Of a stretch of DNA of 64,000 nt, positions 12,381-24,540 are shown one piece after another. The DNA lies in assembly GCF_009914755.1 (NCBI RefSeq), contig NC_060935.1; one strand, written 5' to 3'. The translations under genes and the position numbers were made by a program. Positions within the stretch are counted from its first letter, which is position 1. Each line of letters starts with the position of its first letter. The DNA is from the human T2T-CHM13v2.0 reference genome, Homo sapiens. The notes beneath the pieces are model-generated. The model searched no databases, had not been told where the DNA came from, and saw only the letters and a program-made list of their open reading frames with translations.

Positions 12381-13384
12381 AGCCACTTATCTGGGTACCC
12401 CTTACTGCTCCTGGCTCAGAGGCTGACACATTAGTACTCAGGAAATGCTAAATGAATGACACTGAATTTATCTCTGAACTTCCTCAGCTCCTCACCAGGG
12501 TCTTGTAAATGCATTGAACTCTGTAAGTAATGGCTGAATTCAGAGACTGATGATCCTTCAGACGTTAAGAATTTGAGTCAGTGGCTAAACAGAATGGCCT
12601 CCCAAAACATCACAGGCAGATCCCACAAGGCCTAGGGAAAAGTTCCCTGGGTGATGCCACAGGGCAGAGACAGTTAAAAAGTGGGCCTGTAGTGTATGGG
12701 GAAAGGCAGCACAGCCCCTTCCTGTCTCCATTCTATCCCCAACAACAACAACCAGATGACAGGCTGACTCTGAGCCATTTGTGCACAGAGCCCAAGAATC
12801 TTTGCCTTTGCTGCAGCTGCACAGCAGAGCTTGGCTGGGCCACTGCCAGGCATGAGGCACAAACACGTGAACATGGCCCCTAATCAAGAGGCCCTCTGGT
12901 ACCCCAGAGCCCCTCACCGTAAGGATCACTTTTGATTTTGTGATTAAAACAAAACAAAACGTATTGAGGCCAGGTCCTAAAGCTTTACTCTTTCTGGGAT
13001 TAAAAAGTCAATAATGAAGATAAGATGTGACAGAGAGATCAAAGCTTATCATAGCAAGTGTATACAATATAACATTGAACACAGCAGCAAGAATGATGAA
13101 TATATCTTTTGCAGCTGACTGGTGCCACGTAACCCAGCCTGACAGACTCTCTTCCTAGGCACAGCCCGACAAGTCAGCAGACTTAGGAGTGCTGCTGTCC
13201 TGTCCCCAGGGGCAGCTTGCTAGAATCCCACTGCCAGAAGTCCAGTTCCTAGCTGAGTGATCATCACAGTGACCTTCTTGATCTACTGACATGACTGCAA
13301 CTTTTCTGGTACAAAATAAAGTTGTAGATTTTCAGGTTCTGTTCTGGGTGACATACATATACATATACATAATAATTTTTAAAT

Positions 13385-13920
13385 AAAGTTTATTTATTTT
13401 TTTAGGTTATAAAAGTAATATACACTTATTGCAAAGAATATAATAAGGAAAACAAAAACACCCATAATCCCACTGTCCACTTAACACGTGGTATATTCCC
13501 TTTAGTCCTTTCCTATCGATATTTGTCTGCATGTGAATAAAATATATATAATTTCAGAAACACAGCTTATAGTCATACTATATATTCAGTTTTATATCAT
13601 GACCTTTGCCTTTAACATTTTATGTTTCCCATATCATTGTTTCATTGAAAATGTGATTTTCCAGACTTTATAGCATCATAGGAATATACCTTATTTCACT
13701 ATTTCTCTTCTATGGGGTACCTACATTACTTTCAATAACTTGTCATTATAAAGTGTGTGGTGAACAAAAAATCTTAACATCTCTAATTATTTCCTTGGGA
13801 TAAGTTTTCTAAAATAGAATTATTGAAAAAGGGGCTATGAATCTCTTTAAGACAACTATACAATTTGGGGAGTACATTTTATTAAGATCATTGACAAAAT
13901 GAACCACATTCAGAAGAAAA
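13385..13920 (-). mobile_element. Old L1ME-type fragment
   Basis: TATAAAAGTAATATACACTTATTG...ATTATTTCCTTGGGATAAGTTTTCTAAAATAGAATTATTG. Confidence 0.65.
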
Positions 13921-14257
13921 AGAACAAAATGGGGAAAAGGTAGCAATATTGAAATGATAATATTGGCTAACATATATGGGGTGTATATAATGTCACAGGA
14001 AAAGGGCTTAGGAATTTTGTTTGCATGCATTAGCTCATTTAATCTGTGATTTAATTCTATAAAGTATACGTACATAAGGAAACCATAGGTCAGAGAAGTT
14101 AACTTTTTCAATATTACAGTTCATAGGTGGCATAGCTGCAATTTAAATCAAATTATGGTATAATTCCAGAGAGTACACTTAATGCTATGCTACAACGTAT
14201 CACATAAAAAATAAAGGGAAAAAAATGAGTGTTTTCAGTCTGGAGAACAGAAGACTT

Positions 14258-14656
14258 GGAAGGGGAAGGGAAGGGGAAGGGAAGGGAAGGGGAAGGGAAG
14301 GGAAGGGGAAGGGAAGGGAAGGGGAAGGGAAGGGGAAGGGAAGGGGAAGGGGAAGGGAAGGGGAAGGGAAGGGGAAGGGAAGGGTAACGGGAAGGGAAGG
14401 GGAAGGGAAAGGGGAAGGGTAAGGGAAGGGTAAGGGAAGGGTAACGGAAGGGTAACGGAAGGGTAACGGAAGGGTAAGGGAAGGGAAGGGTAAGGGAAGG
14501 GTAAGGGAAGGGTAAGGGAAGGGTAAGGGAAGGGTAAGGGAAGGGTAACGGAAGGGTAAGGGAAGGGAAGGGTAAGGGAAGGGAAGGGAAGGGAAGGGAA
14601 GGGAAGGGAAGGGAAGGGAAGGGAAGGGAAGGGAAGGGAAGGGAAGGGAAGGGAAG
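14258..14656 (+). repeat. Compound purine-rich tandem repeat: GGGAA/GGGGAA mix, (GGGTAAGGGAA)n, (GGGAA)16
   Basis: Read directly; about 400 bp almost all G and A; pure GGGAA tract at 14576-14655. Confidence 0.98.
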
Positions 14657-14727
14657 TCTTAAAAAGTCAAAGTACACCTTAATATTAGAAAGGCCATTCT
14701 AAAAATAAAGCTCTACCAAAAATCAAA

Positions 14728-15204
14728 GGACTGTCTCCAGGTGGGCCTAATCAATCACACGTGCCCTTTAAAAGCTGAGAGTTTTCTCTGGCTGATGGCA
14801 GAAGGAGAAATCAGAAAGACTAGGAGCACAAGAAGGATGTAAGGGACCATTGCTGGGTTTGAAGATGTGGTGCTACATAAAAGAACTGGAGAGCAGCATC
14901 TATTGCTGACGACAACTCAAGGCTGACAACCAGCAAAGATACAGGGACCTCAGTCCTATAATCTCAAAGAACTGACATCTCCCAACAATCTGAACAAGCT
15001 TAGAAGCTGATTCTTCCCTAGAGTCTCCAGGTAAGAATCCAGTCCAGCTGACACCTTGATTTAGGCTCTGTGAAATCTTAAACAGAAAGCCCAGCCAATC
15101 CCACCCAGACTTCTGGCTTACAGTACTATGAACTATTAATTATGTGCTGTTTTAAGCCACTAAGTTTGTGGTAATTTGTTATGCAGCAAGAGAGAACTAA
15201 TACA
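14728..15204 (+). mobile_element. MaLR MLT1 (D/E-like) LTR
   Basis: CCAGGTGGGCCTAATCAATCAC...GGGACCTCAGTCCTA...TTTTAAGCCACTAAGTTTGTGGTAATTTGTTATGCAGCAAGAGAGAACTAATACA. Confidence 0.9.
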
Positions 15205-15480
15205 ATGGATAAGTGAATAAACAAAGCATAGTACAACCATATAATGGAATACCACTAATCAATACAAAAGCAACAGTCTACTGAAACACATAACAACATG
15301 GATGAATCTCAAAAACCACTGTGCCGAGTGAAAGAAGCCAGGCACAAAAAAGTAAATAGTGCATGATTTCATTAATATGAAACTCTAGGAAAGTCAAATC
15401 TAATTTATAGTGATAGAAAGCAGGCAGAAAAACAAATCTAATGTATAGCAATAGAAAGGCTGTGGTTGGGGTGGATTGGT
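15205..15480 (+). mobile_element. L1ME-type 3' fragment
   Basis: ATAATGGAATACCACT...ACAACATGGATGAATCTCAAAA...GTGAAAGAAGCCAGGCACAAAA. Confidence 0.85.
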
Positions 15481-16519
15481 TGACTGATCCTATCCCCTTC
15501 CTGTCTGACTTTTCTGCCTCCACTTGTACCTTCAGCCTAGCATGGAGAATGGGGAGGTCCACTCACAAAACACACCACTATATATTCATTTCTTTCTCTG
15601 CCACTCTAAGAAGACTAAGGACCCCATTAACCCCTAATGTTGGTAAACGGTCTATCAAAAGCACAATTTGAAACCTTAAAATACATTCCAGAAGGGAATA
15701 ACCAAGTTTTCAAAAAGCTATGCTACATAGATTTCTCTTGTCAAGTTCCATTTAATAATATGTCCCATTTATAGAGGGGCCACACTGGCAGGGCTGAGCA
15801 TTCATGATAATTTAACACTATTAAAAAATATATTTTAAATAAGTAGGCAGCAATGGTGACTGAGAAACTCAGGAATCTGGCCCTGTCTTGCCTTCAAGCA
15901 ATATACAGGTCAAATATTTTTGAATGAATTCCTGTTCTAGCAGCTCTAAAGTGAAGCTGTGAACATAAGCTGTCACCCTCTGCCACACACAGCAGGAAGG
16001 GTGCACGGCAGGGAGAAAGGAACATGAGCTCTGCAATCACAGACTGTCAGGAAGCTACTGCAGTAGTCCAGGTAAGAGTAGGTTGAACTTCAGGTTCTAT
16101 CACAATCTTCTGTGAACTTGGCCAAGTTACTAAGACTTTCTGGGCCTCAGTTTTCTCACCTGCACAATAGGAATTATAGTACTAACCTCACAGGACTATC
16201 CTAAGAGTTGAATTCAGTTAGCTATTATTTAGCATCTTGGACAAAGTAGATGCTTACATGATGGTTCACTTGCCCCCTTGTCCACTGAATATCTAATGGC
16301 CCAGAGAAACAAAAGGGGAAGTGTGAAATTGTTTGAGGGGTAGGAAAACGTTTTTCCCCCAGACCTCCTTTATATTTCATTAAGAAACATTAGATGGAAA
16401 AGAAAAACAACTCTTCCAAAACTTTGAGTTTAATTCTCTCTAAATGTGTTAGCTATAATTTTATGAGCAAACAAAACATTTTTGCACCCATCAACAATTA
16501 TTTTAGATCTCTAAAGGCC

Positions 16520-16937
16520 TGATATGGTTTGGTTCTGTGTCCCCACCAAATCTCATGTCAAATTGTAATCCCCAGTGTTGGAGGTGGGGCCTGGTAGGAG
16601 GTGACTGGATCATAGGCGTGGCCCTTCATGAATGATTTAGCACCACCCTCTCGGTGCTATTCTCATGATAGTGAGTGAGTGATCGTGAGAGCTGGTTGTT
16701 TAAAAGTATGTAGCACCTCCTCCTTCTCTCTCCTGCTCCTGCTCCAGCTATCTAAGACATGCCTGCTTCTTCTTTCCCTTCCACTATGATTGTAAGTTTC
16801 CTCAGGCCTTCCCAGAAGCAGAAACCACTATGCTCCCTGTACAGCCTGCAGAACCATAAGCCAATGAAACCTCTTTTCTTTATAATTTACCAAGTCTCAG
16901 ATATTTCTTTATAGCAGTGTGAGAACAGATAAATACC
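16520..16937 (+). mobile_element. MaLR MST (MSTA-like) solo LTR
   Basis: TGATATGGTTTGG start, TGTAATCCCCAGTGTTGGAGGTGGGGCCTGG, end TTTCTTTATAGCAGTGTGAGAACAGATAAATAC. Confidence 0.93.
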
Positions 16938-17385
16938 AGGGCACTTTAAAATCACTGTATATTTCCATTTTAATTAATAATTTGGTCCTACTCTAAAAAA
17001 TGACTTTTTTCCCTTCTACGGTTTCAAAATTTCCATCAGTAATAATATAATCCAAAATTTACTGAGTTCTATGTGCCAAGTACAATGCTAAGAGTTTTAC
17101 AAGAATTATTTCATTTAATCCTTACTAAAGCCCTACATTGCAGGTTCCATCATTGTTTCTATTTTACAGATAATAAAACTAAGGCTTAGAGAGTCTCAGT
17201 GATTTGTCCAAATCTACACCAAAGGTGTACCTATTAATATATCACCATACCATACCTCTTCTGTGAAATACAGCATCTCTAGCAGCAACAACAGGAATAT
17301 GTAAGAAACTTCCTTGACCACCTTCACTTCATATCAGATTAGGAAAGTAACTTAGAAAGATATTCATTCATCAAACATTTAATGA

Positions 17386-17692
17386 GGCCAGGTATGGTGG
17401 CTCACACCTGTAATCCCAGCACTTTGGGAGGCTGAGGCAGGAGGATCACTTGAGGCCAGCGGTTCAAGACCAGCCAGGACAACATACTGAGACCCCCCAT
17501 CTCTAAAAAAAAATTAAAAAATTAGCCAGGCATGGTAGCACACACCTGTAGTCCTAGCTACTCAGGAGGCTGAGGTGGGAGGATGGCTTGAGCCCAGGAG
17601 TTCAAGGCTGCAGAGAGCTATGATGGCATGACTACACTCCAGCCTGAATTTTGAGACTCTTGCCTCCAAAAAAAAAAAAAAACTAAATAAAA
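17386..17692 (+). mobile_element. Alu (AluJ-like) inserted in a minus-strand L2 tail
   Basis: Alu dimer; TTAATGA on both flanks; L2 sequence continues on either side. Confidence 0.95.
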
Positions 17693-17844
17693 AATTAATG
17701 AACATGTACTATATGTCAGGCAATGTGCTGGCACTAGGGATACAGACAGAATGAAGACAATATCCCTACCTTCTAGGAGTTAAGAGTAGTGGGCTAGAGT
17801 TTGCTTTAAACAATATTTCAAAGCTGACTGAAATATCACCAAGG

Positions 17845-18095
17845 GGCAGTACACATAGTGGCTAATAGTGCAGGGTCTAGAAACAGACGGCCTGAGTTTG
17901 AATCCTGGCTCTGCCTTATTTGAGCTATGTGACCTTGGGCAAGCTGCTTAACTCTAAGCGTCTCAGTTTCCCCACCTAAAAAACAAGAATAACATAGTTG
18001 CCATTTCGCTAGGTTACCATGAGATTTGAATTATGATATGCAAAATGCTTAGAGCAGTATTGTACAAAGTACCCTATACATGACAGCTATTCTTA
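17845..18095 (+). mobile_element. MIR, near full length
   Basis: CATAGTGGCTAATAGTGCAGGGTCTAGAAACAGACGGCCTGAGTTTGAATCCTGGCTCTGCC...GTGACCTTGGGCAAG. Confidence 0.9.
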
Positions 18096-18689
18096 ATACC
18101 CACAAAACATCAATCTCGGCATTGCTATCATCCTGAATATATTTTAAAATTTGATCATCTCTTCCAACAAAATCTATGTACTTATAGCAGCTAAAAGTCA
18201 TCTAACTTTCCTATTTGATATATGCTAATGGCTCCAATTGCATTTATTATTAAACTAAAATCTACTGTTTATTCTCTAATAACCTTTTTAGCTTATTGAG
18301 TCAATGGTTCAGTGACCCTACCTAGGGGATTAGCGGAGAAGTACAACATACTTCTGACAATTCTAACTGCTTTGCCAACCATAAACGTTCATACAAACAT
18401 GAACCACTGGTGTTACTATGCCAGTTATAACCACCAGGTGCTCATACCTGTAAGTATATTTATGTGTGTGGAAGCATACAATGGGGAGACTGGCCTTAGG
18501 AAATACCAAGTGACATGGATGGTACATCAGAAATTCAAAGATAAACAAAGACTACTTGAGAGTTTCACTCAGCCACATTGTAAAAGGAGCCAAAAGTTTG
18601 CTTAATAAAGAGGGAGGAGAGAAGGGGACCAGGAATGGTGGCAGTCGTGGTGAAGAACACTGAACATAGATGTGAAATAGGCAATTCAC

Positions 18690-19600
18690 CTGCACCTAAA
18701 ATTCAAGCTGCACAAAACAGAACACACCGTCTACCCCCACCTCATCCCTTCCCACCCCCAAATCTGTTTCCCTTACTGATCCTCCTATTTCTGTTAGGTG
18801 CTGCCATCACCATCATTGTAGTTACCTCAGAATCACCTCCTCCTCCCACTCCCCAAGTGTGGCCAACCACCAAATCCTGTAATTCTGCCTTCCTGGTTCT
18901 GCTCTCATGTTGCCCCTCTTTTCCATCTCTACTGCCACTCTACTAGTTCAGGCCCTCAAAACACCTGTACTGGACAATGGCAATAGTTTCTTAAGTGTTT
19001 CCTCTCTCTGCTGTTTCTTCTTCTCTCCAATTCATTGGATGCCCAAAGTAACCTTTCTAGACTTCAGCTCAGACTAGCAACTCCTCTGCTCAAAACCTGC
19101 TAATGGCTCCCCTGAGCCTATAGAACAAACCACGAATCCTTTAGCTAGACGTTTAAGTGTTCATCAATGAACAGGTTACAGCTCACTTTTACAGCCTACA
19201 TCCCACCACATCTTCCACCACAAGAAGTCCATGCTCCAACCAAAGTGGACTGTAAACTAATGATTTCTAATGGCACTACCAGCATTTCCTCTCTGTACCT
19301 CTGCCTATGCTAGTCCCTCCCTTCCTGATCTCTGCCTGTCAGCTCCTTCTGTCAAAACACTGCCCATCCTTCACACTCAGCGGAATCCAACTTCTCCATG
19401 AAGTCTTTCCTAATCTTCCAGCTAGAAGAAATTTCATCATGCTCAGAATTTTGACAGCACCATAACTACAGTTCTCATGACAATGAGCATTTTCTTCCAT
19501 GACAGCTGTTTTATGTGTGTGCTTTATCCCTCCTGCCCTCTTAAAGACTTTAGTTCCCACCCACCACTCTGCGTCTAGCACCAGGATGGCAGCAGAGCAG
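18690..19600 (+). mobile_element. L2 LINE fragment
   Basis: CACCAAATCCTGTAATTCTGCCT...CTAGTTCAGGCCCTC...CCTCTGCTCAAAACCTGCTAATGGCTCCC. Confidence 0.75.
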
Positions 19601-22600
19601 GAGAACATGTTACTTTTTTCTTAGAGCTTCAGTTTCCATATCTGTAACGTGAACATAACTCAATCTAACTCACAGGAATAACAAGAGAATTAAATAAGAT
19701 ACTAAATACAAATTATCAGCACACAGTAGGTAGTTACCAAATCCAAAACTCCATTCTTCCCTTTCACATAGCAGCGTACTTTGTTGGACAGATAAAAGGT
19801 TGCATGCTTTATAGTTTGCAAAGAAACATTACTGTATTTTTTCACTGAAGAAGGGAGAGAGGGATGGAGGGAACAAATGAGTAAACATGCAGCAGACAGG
19901 AGTAGTCCACTTTGACAAACCTATATGGGAATTGAAGGTTTGATTGATGAAAGAGCTATAACGTTTGGCCTGATTGCTTTACCAAGTTTTAAGTTCAAAA
20001 GTTGGGAGTCTATCACTCTGCATGATGTATGAAAGGACAGAGGACCAGAAGATCACTAAGAGGCTGCTACAGTGGTCCAGGAAAGAGGGCGCAGACACCC
20101 GGCTATGGCTGGTGGAAGCCACAAGGGAGCAAACAGGAATGGATGAATTTGCAAAGCATGTTCAAGAGAAAAAATGGCAGAGTTGGTGAGTGCAGATGAA
20201 CTAACTGACTGGAGCACTCTCATCAAGCTGAATCACAGAGAACCCCAAGCCTCGGTAACTAGAAGAACAGAAGAACACCCAGAAGAATGGAGGGATTTGG
20301 GGAAGGTAGGAGGTGTCAGGGGAGCAGCACATGTACAAAGAACATAAGTTTACTTTTTTAGTTAGGTGGAACATGGGCAGAAACGAGGAATTAGTGCCTG
20401 GTGGCCCTCAAGGACTGAGAAGCCACTTCAGAGACAAACAAACAAAAAATCATTTTGTACATGAGCGCCTGCAAGGATTAGCTGAACAAGAAGCATGCAG
20501 GACTAGAGTTGCCAACATGCTGAGCTCATGAGCTTTCTAGAAGACAAGGGACAAGGGATATCTGCCTATCTACCAGACATCACCTGCCCCAAGGAAATGA
20601 CTTCTAAGCTGTCTTTCCTTCCTTACACTAACAAGGCATGTTATTACAAAAGGAGGTCCTAAACTGTTTTATCTGCAAAGAGAATCCAGAGAGTTGATGC
20701 CTTTTCCAAATTAAGAGTTGGCTTTCCTCGGAAGGATAAAATCTGCCATTAGGACTCATAATTTATTAGCTGGGCAGCTTTAGCTTGGTCATTTAAACTC
20801 TCTAGGTCTCAGGTATTTCACTTGTTAAGTACAATAACAGTATCTCATGTGCCAGAAAGGACCAGAAGATTTCAGGAGGTCTCTCAGCTCTAAGATAGAT
20901 AATTCAAAATTTATTCTAAACCCTGCAGGTCACACTCTAGTCTCTCTGAACCCCTGGACTGTGACTCACTGCGGAAGCCTACATGATATGATGATGAAGA
21001 AAAACCTGGCAAAAACACAGAGTTGAGAGTGGGGGCAGAAACTCCAACTGGCAGGTCCAGTCACAAGAAGATACAGCTAGAATACTAAAGCTGGCCTGGG
21101 GACAGAAGATAATTAATCTTCAAGGCAATAAAAATATTTAATTCATTCATCTGAGAGAAATGACAAGAAAGAAGATAGATATTTCCTTTTTCCCTCCCTG
21201 TTCTGACAAGGTTACCCTAGATAGATTGTAGAATGTTTAATGAACATTTAGTATAAAAGCCTGAGATGCAAACAAGTAAATGAGGAGAGGCCTGGGCAGC
21301 AAGCAATGGAAGCTGACATTGTAGAGGCTGCAACCAGGACAGACATTTCCAGAGCAGAGCTTTGGGAAGAGAAGCTTATTTGCAATTGTTCAGGTGGCAG
21401 CAAAAGTTAAAACACGGGGAGAGATATAAAAGAAATTCCAAAGGTAAAAATCACAGGATTTGATCATTGAACAGATAAATATGGAAGGAAGGAAGAGGCA
21501 CACTGAAGCTGCCTGAGCTTTCTAACCATGATCAGAACTGAGGAGTCATTAATGTAGGGAAGAGGACAGCCGTGGAGAAAAAGGGAAAGGGGAGTCTCCA
21601 CTTCCGTAGGTCATCTTAAGTGACAAGGTAACAGCCATCAACTATGAACACTATAATCCCTCCTTCACCTTGGCCGTGTAGGCCTTGCAGGCATCACCAC
21701 AAGTGCCAGATCAGTTAGCCCACAACTGCTCTGTGTGCCTAGAACAGAGGAGTAGGTATCTAGGGCCAGGGGAGTATATGCAGGGAAGTGTTCAGGGATT
21801 GGGATAGTAGCAAAGCCGAGGGAAGAGGAGAAAATGCAGCCCACTGCTTTAGACCCTGTGTTGATTTTGTATCAGAGGGCTAATGAGGGCTCCAAGAAAC
21901 AGAAAAGCATTTCCAAGGCTGGAAGTAGGAACATTGGCCACAGCCTGAACCAGTGAAGCAGAAGTGAAGTCCTCAAGGAAAAGAGTGGGGGTTCTCCAAG
22001 GTACCCTTTGCAGCAGCTAAAAGTGAATGGTTGAGGACTAAAGTCTACTCTTAAGATAAATGTCCATGACCAAAGAGGCTGGGATCCTGGAAAGACTACC
22101 CAGCCAGCCTCCACCATGCCAGACTGAGCCCCGCTGGGGCATTCGACTATAGCCACAGGCCCTGCCTTTCAATTCCTTTAATGTAACTGTTCTAGGAAGA
22201 GAGGTGACTCTTGATAAACTTCAAATTATAATCTCTCTCCAGCTTTACTCTGTCTATTCAAACCATTTCTATGAACTGTTAGGTGACTCTAGTGACAAGT
22301 CCTAGTTTAAGAATAAATGGAAATTTATATGACTATGTCAGCCTCTGAGTAGAAACCTCCCTAGGTATCAAGAAGCATTTCTTCTTTCCTTCTCCCTCTT
22401 TCTTTATTTTAGTAAATACCAACTAGATGCAAGGCCTACCAGTCTGCAAACAGATATAACCTTCCAAGACCAAGGAAATTATTTAGAGGCATTTAAAACC
22501 ACCTTCTCTGACCCAAAACACAATGCAATGCAGTGCAAGACAGAAACTTCTGCTTGAGAACTGGATCAGTCCTGGATGCCTGATTCCCTGGGTCATCAAA

Positions 22601-24049
22601 GCCTAATTCTCACAGGCAGAAGTTTCACCTATCCTAATGGGTTCATCTGTTTTTCCAACTTTGCTCAACCCAGAGACTACTTGACATCTGAAATATCAAC
22701 TGTCTTCCAAAACATGTTGGTCTTGAAATTGGCCCTGAAAGATCCTACACAAATACTTCATTTGATTAGCAAACTTTAGTACATCTATAAGAATATGGGT
22801 ACACATTTCTGCATTTCAGTTGTAACATCAATACTTGGTCCAAAGACAACATTCCTCATACTGGAGACTATCCAAAATATCCAGGAAAATTTATTAGGGA
22901 GATTGCTTTTATTCCACCCTCTGTTTCTCTTCAAAAGCGAAAGAGATGCTGTACAGAATTTAAATGTTCTAACAAACATTGTCTTTAAAGCAAATTTCAA
23001 TAAATTGAAGTGTAATTTATTGAAACAATTTTTAGTCACAATGAGCCCAGTTTTCTCACAGAATAGCATAAAAGTGCAATGGCCTGGGTTCTTGACACAC
23101 TCAGCTTTTCTGACTGTGAGAATCTGAGCCCTTGCTCTGAGGCAAGACCCATTCCTACCAAGCATTCTTGGGGAGGCACCAGCCTTGCTGAACAACCAGC
23201 ACTGGCTGAACCAGGCTTAGTCTGAGGAGGAAGGATGCAGTTATCTGGCAGAGATTGGAGTGACCTTGGAATCCAAAGTCAGCAGGACCCAGGGCTCCTT
23301 CTCTAATGGGTAATTTATAAGTGGAGACCATTGGGTCTCTCAGAGCTCACATGACAGGAGTCAGAGGTGACAGGAGTGAAACCCAGAAAGAAGAAGTGAA
23401 TGTTTTCAGAGACCCATTAGAAATGAGGACAAGTGCACAAATGGGAACTGTGTGGTTGTAACAGCACTAGACTGGCCTATGCTCTGGTCCTTTCCTCTCT
23501 GTCCCTTAGTCTGCCCATCTCTAAAATAAGGAGCTTGAAAAATAAATAAATAAATAAATAAAATAAGGAGCTTGGATGAGCAGATCCTTAGGGTCTCAGT
23601 CAGCCTCGAAATTCTGAAATAGATTCCAACCCCAGATTGCTGAGGAGGTCTCCAGCCTTAACAAGGCAGTCCTGAGACCAGCATGGGAGGCCACTAGCAT
23701 CTTCCCTTCATTTCTTCCTGTCTTGACCCAATTCATCACTCAAAACCTAGTTTGAATGCCACTGCCTTCAAGAAGCTTCCCCTGACCCTTCTGGCATAAC
23801 CACTCATTCCTTCTCTAGGAGCTCCTAATTTGTGTTGGTGCTCAGCACTGACACTGTCAGAGGTGGATGCTACATAGTTGGAGCAGGGCACGGGGAGGGG
23901 TGGGCTGATAAGGAAGGGAATACAGGAGACAGGCAAACTGAAACATTACCAACCCTTTCCTCATTACCGTGCAGAACTCTCAAACCCAGTTTCAGCCTCC
24001 TGACAAAACCAGCTCTGCAAAGCCAAAAGACTTGATCCATGGTTTAGAA

Positions 24050-24540
24050 TACCAGTGGCTAACGAAGTTTCGGTCTAAACCAGTCTCTGTCTTTTTTATT
24101 GAGAAAAAGCCATTCTTGAGCTGCGAGATATAAAAGCTTTGTGGTCTTTAGAGAAACAGAAGGCAAAATGGCCACAGGAACAATCACCTGCAAAGGGGGT
24201 TGGTGGGGTGGGGGTTGCAGCACAGAGCTAAGTGGGGGTGGGGCGCTTGGTGGCTCAGGCTCTAGGAGACAGTGCCATGCTGTGGCCACCTGCCGCCTCT
24301 GCGCCGCCTTCTGCAGCCTCTGCAGGTACAGGAGGCCTGTTTCCTGACCCAGTTTTCTCCCCAATCTCTATTTAGCTGTTCGCTAGTGATGCTCCTGGCA
24401 TGCCAATCAGATACTGCAGCCGGCAGTGCAGTTTGTTACAACAAATTCACAGTTCCTAGTAAATTCAGTGGAAAAGTACTGTGTCAAGCAGCCTAATTAA
24501 ACTGACGTAATTTCCACAGCCATACACTTCTATCAAATAA
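24050..24540. promoter_or_regulatory. Candidate promoter/enhancer island
   Basis: Repeat-free, local CpG enrichment, G-rich boxes at 24194-24244, TGCCAATCAG at 24401-24410, TGACGTAA at 24503-24510, TATA-like motifs on both strands. Confidence 0.5.

Noticed and set aside
14417-14575. Interstitial telomeric repeat
   Set aside because: Units are GGGTAA/GGGAA, not TTAGGG, and grade into the GGGAA tract, so better explained as mutated (GGGAA)n.
14153-14677. 174-aa Pro/Phe/Ser/Leu repeat ORF and the opposite Gly/Arg/Glu/Lys ORF
   Set aside because: Direct translation of the (GGGAA)n/(TTCCC)n repeat; no evidence of expression.
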